Source of the DNA: Nitrospirota bacterium
Lineage (GTDB): Bacteria > Nitrospirota > Thermodesulfovibrionia > Thermodesulfovibrionales > UBA1546
Assembly: GCA_016195565.1 (NCBI GenBank)
Contig: JACPZK010000011.1
Coordinates: 13,097 to 77,096, forward strand
Length of the DNA stretch: 64,000 nucleotides
Reading direction: 5' to 3'
The notes under the pieces were generated by a model, which saw nothing but the letters and a program-made list of their open reading frames with translations, had not been told where the DNA came from and searched no databases. Positions 42,943-51,174 of this stretch are shown piece after piece (the first letter of the stretch is position 1; the number at the start of each line of letters is the position of its first letter). The position numbers and the translations under genes are program-made.

Positions 42943-44328
42943 ATGAGCAAAGAAGTTCTGATAATTGACGATGATGAAAGCATAGCGTGGGTCATAGAGA
43001 AGGCTCTTGAACCGCAGGGCTACAAGATCGTCTCGCATACAAAACTCTCTTCAGGCATGAAAGCCGTAAAAGACGGGCCGCAGGTCGTATTGCTTGACCT
43101 TATCCTTCCTGACGGAAACGGCCTTGACGGACTCCGCGAAATTAAATCATCAAATCCCGAGGCAACAGTGATAATGATAACAGCTCACGGGAAAATGGAA
43201 AGCACAATAGATGCGATGAAAGAAGGCGCTTATGACTATATTGAAAAGCCCTTTGATATTGAGGAACTCAAGATAGTCGTTGAAAAGGCATTTAAGGACA
43301 TGGCTCTGAGGGAAGAACTCAAAAAGTTCAAGGAGACAGAGGCAGAAGCGCCTGAGATAGTGGGAAGAAGCGAAAAGATACTTAAGGTATTCAAAGAAAT
43401 AGGAAGGGTTGCAGCAAAGGACATCACAGTTCTCGTCACAGGCGAAAGCGGAACAGGCAAAGAGCTTGTTGCAAAGGCAATACACCACAACAGCAAAAGA
43501 AGTTCCGGCCCTTTCATTGCCATAAACTGCGCCTCAATGCCAAAAGACCTCATTGAGGCAGAGCTTTTCGGATGGGAGAAAGGCGCATTCACAGGGGCCA
43601 AAGACAAACGCATCGGAAAAATAGAATCAGCAAGCGGCGGCACATTGTTCCTCGATGAGATATCGGAACTTGACATGAACCTTCAGGCAAAACTTCTGCG
43701 GTTTTTGCAGGACAATGAATTCAGTCCTCTTGGGAGCAACAAGGTGACAAAGGCAGACGCAAGGATAATAGGCGCAACAAACAAAAACCTGAAAGATGCC
43801 GTAAGCAAGGGGTTATTCAGGGAAGACCTTTATTATAGATTTAATGTTGTGCAGATTAAACTGCCTTCATTAAGAGACCGCAGGGAAGATGTCCTTCTCC
43901 TCGCAAAGCATTTCCTCAAAGAGGCGCAGAAAAAATTCAATACAGGCCAAAAAGACCTCTCAAAAGAGGCAAAAGATTTCATAGCCAAGTATGACTGGCC
44001 CGGCAATGTCAGAGAGCTGGAAAACACAATAAAAAGCGCCTGTATCCTGTCAAACGGGACGACAATAGAAAAGCGCGACCTCCATGTGGAGGAAGGGAAT
44101 TCTTATTCAATAAAGGAATTCCTTGAGGATAAATTAAAGAGATACCTGAAAGACATAACACAGCTTGAGACAGCGAACTTGCACACAACTGTAATGTCCG
44201 AGGTTGAAAAGGCTGTGATAAGTATTGTCCTGAAAGAGACAAAGGGCAATCAGCTCAAAGCAGCAAAAACTCTCGGCATTAACAGAAACACGCTGAGGAC
44301 AAAGATAAAAGAGTATAAGATAAAATAG
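42943..44328 (+). CDS. sigma54-dependent response regulator (NtrC family)
   Basis: receiver domain; GESGTGKE Walker A; GAFTGA; C-terminal Fis-type HTH. Confidence 0.9.
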   Translation: MSKEVLIIDDDESIAWVIEKALEPQGYKIVSHTKLSSGMKAVKDGPQVVLLDLILPDGNGLDGLREIKSSNPEATVIMITAHGKMESTIDAMKEGAYDYIEKPFDIEELKIVVEKAFKDMALREELKKFKETEAEAPEIVGRSEKILKVFKEIGRVAAKDITVLVTGESGTGKELVAKAIHHNSKRSSGPFIAINCASMPKDLIEAELFGWEKGAFTGAKDKRIGKIESASGGTLFLDEISELDMNLQAKLLRFLQDNEFSPLGSNKVTKADARIIGATNKNLKDAVSKGLFREDLYYRFNVVQIKLPSLRDRREDVLLLAKHFLKEAQKKFNTGQKDLSKEAKDFIAKYDWPGNVRELENTIKSACILSNGTTIEKRDLHVEEGNSYSIKEFLEDKLKRYLKDITQLETANLHTTVMSEVEKAVISIVLKETKGNQLKAAKTLGINRNTLRTKIKEYKIK

Positions 44329-44390
44329 CAAACATTCCCCCTTGCCCAAACCTGCCTCAGCACTTATAATGAAAACAATGATGCGCACAG

Positions 44391-44523
44391 GTCATTGCGA
44401 GGAATAAAATGACGAAGCAATCTCAGAGCAGAAAGATTGCCACGCGGAGTTTATCCTGAGCGTAAAGGCAAGATTGCTTCGCCTTCGGCTCGCAATGACA
44501 GAAAGCGAAGGGCTCGTAATGAC
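44391..44523. repeat. type-A palindromic element, compound
   Basis: gtcattgcgagg..gaagcaatctc..agattgccacgc..agattgcttcgcc..ctcgcaatgac..ctcgtaatgac. Confidence 0.8.
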
Positions 44524-44538
44524 AAGGGACACTGATTT

Positions 44539-45228
44539 ATGAACAACGAAAAGATTCTCATAGTTGAAGACGAAAAGAAAATATCTGACATCGTAAAGTC
44601 CTATCTTGAAAGAGAGGGCTTCGATGTCACTACTGCCGAAACAGGCAGGGAAGCGCTTAAGTTAATTAAAGACAGATTTGACCTCATAATCCTGGACCTT
44701 AAACTCCCTGACATTGAAGGAGAAGAAATCTGCCGTTCAATAAGAGGAATATCCGATGTCCCGATAATCATGCTCACTGCAAAAAGCTCAGAAGACGAAA
44801 GAGTGAAAGGGCTTGGAATCGGCGCCGACGACTACGTTATCAAACCTTTCAGTCCGAGAGAACTCGTTGCAAGGGTAAAGGCACATCTGAGGAGAACAAA
44901 GAAAGGAGAGAAAAAGGTTCTCTCTTTTAACAAAGGCATCCTTATAGTAGACACCACTTCAATGGAGGTTAAAAAACGAGAAGCGCCTGTTTCCCTTACC
45001 ACAACTGAATTCAGGATACTGCTCTGCCTTGCAGAAAGGCCCGGCGCTGTCCTGAACAGGCTCCAGCTTACGAATACGGTTCAGGGATATGATTTTGAAG
45101 GCTATGACAGGGTCATTGACGCACATATAAAGAATATCAGGCACAAGATAGAGGATAACATCCAGAAGCCTGTTTTCATAAAAACTGTTTATGGGGCTGG
45201 ATATAAATTTATAGGGGTGCGGGATTGA
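44539..45228 (+). CDS. OmpR-family response regulator (CusR/CopR-like by context)
   Basis: receiver plus winged-helix (TVYGAGYKF). Confidence 0.85.
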   Translation: MNNEKILIVEDEKKISDIVKSYLEREGFDVTTAETGREALKLIKDRFDLIILDLKLPDIEGEEICRSIRGISDVPIIMLTAKSSEDERVKGLGIGADDYVIKPFSPRELVARVKAHLRRTKKGEKKVLSFNKGILIVDTTSMEVKKREAPVSLTTTEFRILLCLAERPGAVLNRLQLTNTVQGYDFEGYDRVIDAHIKNIRHKIEDNIQKPVFIKTVYGAGYKFIGVRD

Positions 45229-45241
45229 AGACATTTTCGGT

Positions 45242-45311
45242 GTCATTGCGAGGGACAGAGTCCCGTGGCAATCTCAAAGGGATGGGATTGCTTCACTCCG
45301 TTCGCAATGAC
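45242..45311. repeat. type-A palindromic element (intercistronic)
   Basis: gtcattgcgaggg..gtggcaatctc..gggattgcttcac..ttcgcaatgac. Confidence 0.85.
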
Positions 45312-45328
45312 AGAAAGGGCATGCTAAC

Positions 45329-46687
45329 TTGAAAACAAAAATATTTCTCGCCTTCATAGCAATAATCCTGGCAGCGCTTTTTTCAAACTTCATCTTTGAA
45401 TGGCTGATAATCAGGGATTTTGACAATTATGTCAGCGGAGTGAGGGAAGACCAGTTTTACTGGACCCTTGCATCTGTTGAGGGAAGCTATTCTGACGGGA
45501 AATGGAACAAGGGCTCTCTCTCTGAATCCATACACTGGGCCATGATGCTCGGACTTAACGTGAAGGTTCTTGATAATGCAGGGAAAGAAATCATCTCATC
45601 TCACGAGGTGATGGAATCCCTTTCTGAATCCATGAAGCGAAGAATGGATGAGCACTTCCATGTTCACGCGCACGAAGCAGAGGGAAAATTCACTGACTAC
45701 CCGCTTTATGCAAAGGGCAAAAAAATCGGGACGCTTCTTTCACAGCCATTTCAAAAACAGGAGATACAGGAAAAGGAATCCATATTCAAAAAAAGGACAA
45801 AAAATTTCCTTTATGTATCGTTTCTGATTGCAGGCGGAGGCTCGCTGCTTATAGCCTTCCTTCTGAGCCGCTATCTTTCAAAGCCGATAATGAACTTAAA
45901 AATGGCAGCAGAGAAGATTGCAGACGGAGATTTCATGGTAAGGACAAGCGCCTCATCCCATGATGAGATAGGAAAATTGTCAGCAGCTTTCAACAAAATG
46001 GCAGAGTCTCTTCAGAGGGAAGAGGAACTCAGGAAACATCTTTTTTCCAATATTGCGCATGAACTAAGAACACCCCTGACAATCCTTAAGACCCATGCAG
46101 AGGCTATAGCTGATGGAGTGATAGAAAGAGAAAAAGGACTGGAGAACATCAAAAACGAGATTGACAGGCTGATAAAGCTCGTCAAAGGCATAGAAGATAT
46201 TACGATGGCAGAGGCGAGTTTTTTTACTAAAGGAGAGACCGCAGAGATAAACCTCATGGAATTTCTCTCTGGAATCTGCGATGAGATGCTTCCTGCATTT
46301 AAACAAAAAGGACTTGGGATAAAGATTCTAAGGGCAGACGGCCTTCTTATTTCCACAGATATTGAAAAACTTGAAAGGATAACAAGAAACATAATCTCCA
46401 ATTCCCTGAAGTTCATGGAAAAAGGCGGTGTCCGTATTGACTACGGAACCGAAGGAGAAATGTTCTTTATTGAGATAAGAGATTCAGGCAGGGGAATACC
46501 TGAAAACGAGATTCCTTTGATATTCAACCGTTTTTACAGAGGGGCCAAATCAGATACCGAGAGTCTGGGGCTTGGCCTTGCAATAGTCAAGGAGCTCGTT
46601 GAAGTGATGGCTGGCAGGATTGAGGTAAAAAGCACGATAGATAAAGGAACGACATTCAGGGTGTTCCTGCCGATAAAAGGCGCCTGA
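45329..46687 (+). CDS. HAMP-domain sensor histidine kinase (CusS/CopS-like by context)
   Basis: two TM segments, HAMP, H-box HELRTPLT, HATPase; TTG start. Confidence 0.8.
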   Translation: MKTKIFLAFIAIILAALFSNFIFEWLIIRDFDNYVSGVREDQFYWTLASVEGSYSDGKWNKGSLSESIHWAMMLGLNVKVLDNAGKEIISSHEVMESLSESMKRRMDEHFHVHAHEAEGKFTDYPLYAKGKKIGTLLSQPFQKQEIQEKESIFKKRTKNFLYVSFLIAGGGSLLIAFLLSRYLSKPIMNLKMAAEKIADGDFMVRTSASSHDEIGKLSAAFNKMAESLQREEELRKHLFSNIAHELRTPLTILKTHAEAIADGVIEREKGLENIKNEIDRLIKLVKGIEDITMAEASFFTKGETAEINLMEFLSGICDEMLPAFKQKGLGIKILRADGLLISTDIEKLERITRNIISNSLKFMEKGGVRIDYGTEGEMFFIEIRDSGRGIPENEIPLIFNRFYRGAKSDTESLGLGLAIVKELVEVMAGRIEVKSTIDKGTTFRVFLPIKGA

Positions 46688-46760
46688 GAACAGCGCCCAA
46701 TGAACTACCCAGCGGCAAGACCGCAGGGTATCTAAATCAAAACAACTTTAGTCATATGTC

Positions 46761-46827
46761 GTCATTCCTGCGAAAGCAGGAATCCAGAAAAAGAAAAAAC
46801 TGGATTCCGCATCAAGTGCGGAATGAC
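46761..46827. repeat. type-B palindromic element
   Basis: gtcattcctgcgaaagcaggaatccag..ctggattccgcatcaagtgcggaatgac. Confidence 0.85.
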
Positions 46828-46935
46828 AGAAATAAGGAGCCCCAGCCTCCTTGTAAGTTTTCGTTTCAAAAAATCTCTCCATAATTTTTCTTTTCTCTTC
46901 ATAATTCCTTCATTATTGAATGCTATGTTTTAACC

Positions 46936-47262
46936 ATGACAAAATGGTTATTCATAGTTGCCCTGAGTGGAATTCTAACAGCCAATATCCATGCAGAAAC
47001 GAAAAAAGAGGAGCCGGAGAAAGGCGTTACACCCTATGGCGTTTCATGCCCCATCTGCGGTGAATACGGGTATTGTAAAAAAGAGGTAAAGCATGAAGAG
47101 GCAGTCAAAGCGCTTGAAAAATATTACAAAGAAAAAGGGATGACTATTGCCATAACGAAAAAAGAAGGACGGTTCATAGAGGCAGAGATTTACAAAGACA
47201 AGGATTTAGTTGACAGGGTTGTCCTTGACTGTAAAACAGGAAAGATAAGATCAATATATTAG
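46936..47262 (+). CDS. small secreted PepSY-like protein with CxxC
   Basis: signal peptide; CPICGEYGYC; C-terminal ..VVLDCKTGKIRSIY resembles a PepSY fold end. Confidence 0.45.
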   Translation: MTKWLFIVALSGILTANIHAETKKEEPEKGVTPYGVSCPICGEYGYCKKEVKHEEAVKALEKYYKEKGMTIAITKKEGRFIEAEIYKDKDLVDRVVLDCKTGKIRSIY

Positions 47263-47275
47263 AGGAGGTGAGTTT

Positions 47276-47680
47276 ATGAAGTGGAATGTATTAACAGCGT
47301 GGGTGATTATTATCGCAATGACTTTGCTGCTCGGTTCTGATATAGCGGCAGCCCAGACCATCAAGAAAGACGAATCTCTGAGAATGGGGGAAAAAAGACC
47401 CACCCTTGATCCAAACATCTTTTCCGATAACGCTAAAATAAAAAAGGCGTATCAGATTGCGAAAGAGATCCCATGGGTTCTTGACAGCATTTACTGCTAT
47501 TGCTATTACGAGGAGTCTCCGGCATTCAAACATAAGAGCCTTTTAAGCTGTTATGTTGACAACCATGCAGCGATGTGAGACATTTGCATGGGGGAGGCCC
47601 TGCGGGCTTCCGAACTTTACAAAAAAGGCTATTCTGTTAAAAAGATAAAGGAAATAGTTGAAAAGGAATACAAGAGATAA
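47276..47680 (+). CDS. PCYCGC/CYCxC-motif family protein with in-frame UGA (candidate selenocysteine, U-x-x-C)
   Basis: strong RBS GAGGAGG; signal/TM; ..IYCYCYYEESPAFKHKSLLSCYVDNHAAM-UGA(47576-47578)-DICMGEALRASELYKKGYSVKKIKEIVEKEYKR*; the frame stays open 34 codons past the TGA with family-like sequence. Confidence 0.65.
47593..47611 (+). promoter_or_regulatory. candidate SECIS-like hairpin
   Basis: GGAGGCC-CTGCG-GGCTTCC, 7-bp stem (one G:U), starting 14 nt after the UGA. Confidence 0.35.
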
Positions 47681-47693
47681 AGGAGAAAAGTCT

Positions 47694-47761
47694 GTCATTC
47701 CGTGCTTGACACGGAATCCAGACATGGAAAGATACTGGATTCCCGCTTTCGCGGGAATGAC
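47694..47761. repeat. type-B palindromic element
   Basis: gtcattccgtgcttgacacggaatccag..ctggattcccgctttcgcgggaatgac. Confidence 0.85.
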
Positions 47762-47780
47762 AAATTATAGGAGGAAAAAT

Positions 47781-48056
47781 ATGAAAAGATTGGCTGTATT
47801 TACATTGGCGCTACTTTTGGTTGCAGGAGTTACTTATGCAGCGGAACAGGCAAATACCACTGAGCAGGTAAAAAAGGCAGAAGCAGTTGGGAATAAAATC
47901 TGTCCTGTAAGCGGCGAAAAAATTGATGAAAAGACGAAAGCAACATACGAATACAATGGCAAAATCTACAATTTCTGCTGTCCGATGTGCGTTGAAGAGT
48001 TCAAAAAAGACCCTGAGAAATATAATGGTAAAAATAAACAATTGGAGGTAAAATGA
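47781..48056 (+). CDS. secreted YHS/TRASH-type metal-binding protein
   Basis: RBS AGGAGGA; signal peptide MKRLAVFTLALLLVAGVTYA; ICPVSGEKI..YNFCCPMCVEEFKKDPEKY; the longer ORF from 47658 reads through repeat B. Confidence 0.75.
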   Translation: MKRLAVFTLALLLVAGVTYAAEQANTTEQVKKAEAVGNKICPVSGEKIDEKTKATYEYNGKIYNFCCPMCVEEFKKDPEKYNGKNKQLEVK

Positions 48057-48445
48057 TGAAAAAGTTTGCTGTATTCAGTTTAATCATGCTTTTAATAGCG
48101 GGCATTGCTTATGCAAAAGATTATGAAGTAAAGAAAAAGGCAGGGGAATACGATGTGGAGATAAAAATCGACAAAAACCCGCCTGTAGTGGGCGACAATA
48201 ATATCACAGTAGAAATTAAAGATGCATCGGGTAAATATGTGACCGATGCAAAGGTGAAGGTTGAATATTCCATGCCTGCCATGCCTGGTATGCCTGCCTC
48301 GAACTACAAGACAGACACAGAACTCAAAGGCTATGAATACAAGGCAAAGATGAATCTCTCCATGTCAGGTGCGTGGAATGTCGCAGTAAAAATAACAAGG
48401 AGCGGTAAAACCACAACGGTAAAATTCAATGCGGATGCGCACTAA
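48053..48445 (+). CDS. secreted YtkA/FixH-like Met-rich metal-binding protein
   Basis: signal peptide; MPAMPGMPAS; Ig-like beta pattern. Confidence 0.55.
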   Translation: MMKKFAVFSLIMLLIAGIAYAKDYEVKKKAGEYDVEIKIDKNPPVVGDNNITVEIKDASGKYVTDAKVKVEYSMPAMPGMPASNYKTDTELKGYEYKAKMNLSMSGAWNVAVKITRSGKTTTVKFNADAH

Positions 48446-49835
48446 GATAGAAGATAAGAGGATAAGAAGTTTGGAAGATAAGAATATTACCTCCAATGCA
48501 CAACTTCTCAACTTCTCAACTTCTCAATTTCTAATTCTTTTACTGTTTACTGTCTACTGTTTACTGTCTACTGAAAATGCTTTTGCCGAAGAACTGAAAC
48601 TTCAGCCCCTGATAGACGAGGCGCTGAAGAGCAATCATGACCTCATTGTATCAGGATTAAAGGTATCCACTTCAAAATACAAGATACCTCAGGTACAGAG
48701 CCTTCCTGACCCCATGTTCATGTTCGGCTATCAGAATGAAGGATACGACAGATACACTTATGGCGAGATGCAGGGCGCACAGTGGATGTTCTCTGCATCT
48801 CAGATGTTCCCATTCCCCGGGAAGCTATCGTTAAAGGGAGAGATGGCTCTTAGAGATTCTGAAAGCCTAAAGGCATTATACGAATCCGCAAAGCTCACAA
48901 CAATAGCGAGAATAAAAGAACTTTACTATGACCTGTTCCTCACCTATAGAGACATTGACATCATTAAAGACAAGAATTCGCTTTTCTCAAGGATAGAGGA
49001 TGCAGCCATTGCAAGATACTCATCAGGCATGGCGCCGCAGCAGGAAGTATTAATGGCTCAAACAGAAAAATACATGCTGCTTGAAAAAGAGGAGATGCTG
49101 AAACAAAAGCTGCGATCCATAGAGGCGATGCTAAACACAACCGTTGGCCGGGATGTTAATTCGCCTCTCGGAAGGCCTGTTGAACCTGTTTATGTTTCGT
49201 ATAACCCAAGCATGGATGAACTTCTTAAAATGTCATACTCAAATTCTCCTCTGATAAAATCCAGAGAAAAGATGATTGCCTCGGCAAAGGCAAAGGTTAA
49301 TATGGCTGAGAAGGAATATTATCCTGATTTCACCATTGCCGGCTCAGTCTTTGAGCGGAGGGGAGAGTTCAAAGATATGTGGAGCCTCACAACCACAATC
49401 AACATACCTATTTTTTATAAAACAAAACAGAAAATGGCTGTGCTTGAGGCAGAATCAGCCCTTTCAGAGGCAAAACACGAACTTGAGGCGGTTAAGTTAA
49501 TGCTGTCATCCAATATAAGAGAAAACTACTCTATGATTAAGGCTGCGGAAAAATTAACGGAGCTGTACAGGAATGGACTTATACCCAAGGCATATCAGGA
49601 TTTTGAACTCGCAATTGCCGGATATGTAACAGGAAAAGTCGAGGCAATAACTGTCATAACAAGGCTGAAATCACTTATTGACTATGAGCTTTTATACTGG
49701 GGGCAGTTTACGGAAAGAGAGAAGGCAACAGCGAGGCTTGAGGCGATAACAGCAGTCAGCAATCAGCACTCAGTACGCCCTGCTCTTCAGAATAAAATTG
49801 AGGCGAGCGTCATTCAGGGAGAAAAAGAAAAATGA
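48429..49835 (+). CDS. TolC-family outer membrane efflux protein (CusC position)
   Basis: two OEP repeats; the N-terminal 55 aa are encoded by arrays. Confidence 0.8.
   Translation: MRMRTKIEDKRIRSLEDKNITSNAQLLNFSTSQFLILLLFTVYCLLSTENAFAEELKLQPLIDEALKSNHDLIVSGLKVSTSKYKIPQVQSLPDPMFMFGYQNEGYDRYTYGEMQGAQWMFSASQMFPFPGKLSLKGEMALRDSESLKALYESAKLTTIARIKELYYDLFLTYRDIDIIKDKNSLFSRIEDAAIARYSSGMAPQQEVLMAQTEKYMLLEKEEMLKQKLRSIEAMLNTTVGRDVNSPLGRPVEPVYVSYNPSMDELLKMSYSNSPLIKSREKMIASAKAKVNMAEKEYYPDFTIAGSVFERRGEFKDMWSLTTTINIPIFYKTKQKMAVLEAESALSEAKHELEAVKLMLSSNIRENYSMIKAAEKLTELYRNGLIPKAYQDFELAIAGYVTGKVEAITVITRLKSLIDYELLYWGQFTEREKATARLEAITAVSNQHSVRPALQNKIEASVIQGEKEK
48444..48576. repeat. triple array: 5 x 8 (AGATAAGA-like), 16-nt spacer, 3-5 x 8 (ACTTCTCA), 5 x 7 (ACTGNNT)
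   Basis: units phased at 48444-48483, 48503-48541, 48542-48576. Confidence 0.9.
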
Positions 49836-51067
49836 AAAAAATAAATCTCATAATTATAATCGGACTGATTTTGACAGCAGGATTAATATTCTATCTCTTA
49901 AAGCCGGAGTTCCTGAAAAGCCCTGTAAAAAACAAACCGCCGGCATCTGTGCAATCAGCGGCTCCTGCACATCAGGGACATACCGCAGAGAGTAAAGAGC
50001 CGCAGGCTCGGGTTGAAACGCAGCAGAAAGAGCAGACAGAGGAAGCCCCAACTGTCGAGATTCCTCTTGAAAAACAGCAGTTGATAGGCGTAAAAACAGT
50101 TGCGGCGTCTGTGAAGCCGCTGCAGAAAATTATCAGAACAGTTGGCCGTATTGAATACGATGAAAGAAGGCTTGCGACTGTCAATACAAAGTTCGAAGGC
50201 TGGATTGAAAAACTTTATGTGAACTACACAGGAAAGTATGTCAAAAAAGGCGAGCCGCTTGCAGAGATTTATAGCCCTGAGCTTGTCGCAACTCAGCAGG
50301 AATTCTTAAACGCGCTTAAGTGGGCAAAACCGGGCGCAGACAAAGACAGCGCCTTAGGCAAAATGCTTTCAAAGGATGCTGAGGCAATAATTGAAGCGGC
50401 AAAACAGAGGCTGAGGTTATGGGACATAAACGATGCGCAGATTAAAAAAATTGAAGAGGCAGGAAAACCTATAAGAACATTAACCATATACAGCCCTGCA
50501 AGCGGCTATGTCGTGCAGAAAACAGCATTGCAGGGAATGCGCGTTATGTCAGGTGAAAAGCTATTTGATATTGCAGACCTTTCCACGGTCTGGATAGTAT
50601 CGGATATATACGAATATGAAGTGCATTTAATGAAAACAGGGCAGACCGCAAAGATAAGCCTGAGCTATTTCCCCGGCAGGGAATTTTCATCAACAATTGA
50701 CTACATCTACCCTTCACTTGCAGGAGAAACAAGAACAGCAAAGATAAGGTTCACAATAGCAAACCCGGGCGGACAGCTCAAACCACAGATGTTTACCAAC
50801 GTAGAGGTAAAAATCAACTTAGGCAGTAAACTTGTTATACCTGAAAGCGCTGTGATTGATACCGGAATAAGGCAGATAGTTTACGTTGATAAGGGAGAAG
50901 GGTATTTTGAGCCGAGAGAGGTTATGTTAGGGCTTAAGGCAGAGGGCATGGCAGAAGTTCTCAAAGGAATAAAGGCAGGGGAAAAAGTGGCGTCGTCAGG
51001 CAACTTCCTTATTGACTCAGAGGCTCAGTTAAAAGGGATAAAGCCGCTTGAAGGGCATAAACATTGA
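49832..51067 (+). CDS. cusB: RND efflux periplasmic adaptor (CusB-like)
   Basis: HlyD/MFP-type translation; between the OMF and cusA. Confidence 0.75.
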   Translation: MKKINLIIIIGLILTAGLIFYLLKPEFLKSPVKNKPPASVQSAAPAHQGHTAESKEPQARVETQQKEQTEEAPTVEIPLEKQQLIGVKTVAASVKPLQKIIRTVGRIEYDERRLATVNTKFEGWIEKLYVNYTGKYVKKGEPLAEIYSPELVATQQEFLNALKWAKPGADKDSALGKMLSKDAEAIIEAAKQRLRLWDINDAQIKKIEEAGKPIRTLTIYSPASGYVVQKTALQGMRVMSGEKLFDIADLSTVWIVSDIYEYEVHLMKTGQTAKISLSYFPGREFSSTIDYIYPSLAGETRTAKIRFTIANPGGQLKPQMFTNVEVKINLGSKLVIPESAVIDTGIRQIVYVDKGEGYFEPREVMLGLKAEGMAEVLKGIKAGEKVASSGNFLIDSEAQLKGIKPLEGHKH

Positions 51068-51072
51068 AAGAA

Positions 51073-51166
51073 AGTGAAGAGTGACAGTGTACAGTGCCAG
51101 TGAACAGACTCAGAAAACTGAACATTGACACGGAAAAAACTGACACTAATCACTGACACTGATACT
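51073..51166. repeat. paired array: AGTG-anchored 6-7-mers x6, spacer, ACTG/ATTG-anchored units
   Basis: agtgaag agtgac agtgtac agtgcc agtgaac .. actgaac attgaca .. actgacac .. actgacac; fills the cusB-cusA intergenic region. Confidence 0.85.
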
Positions 51167-51174
51167 AAACAACA

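Noticed and set aside
47576-47578. Genome-wide UGA reassignment (Trp/Gly) as the explanation for the in-frame TGAs
   Set aside because: TGA terminates well-supported genes in this window at family-typical lengths (for example 22280-22282, 28105-28107, 51065-51067). Local recoding or mutation is more likely.
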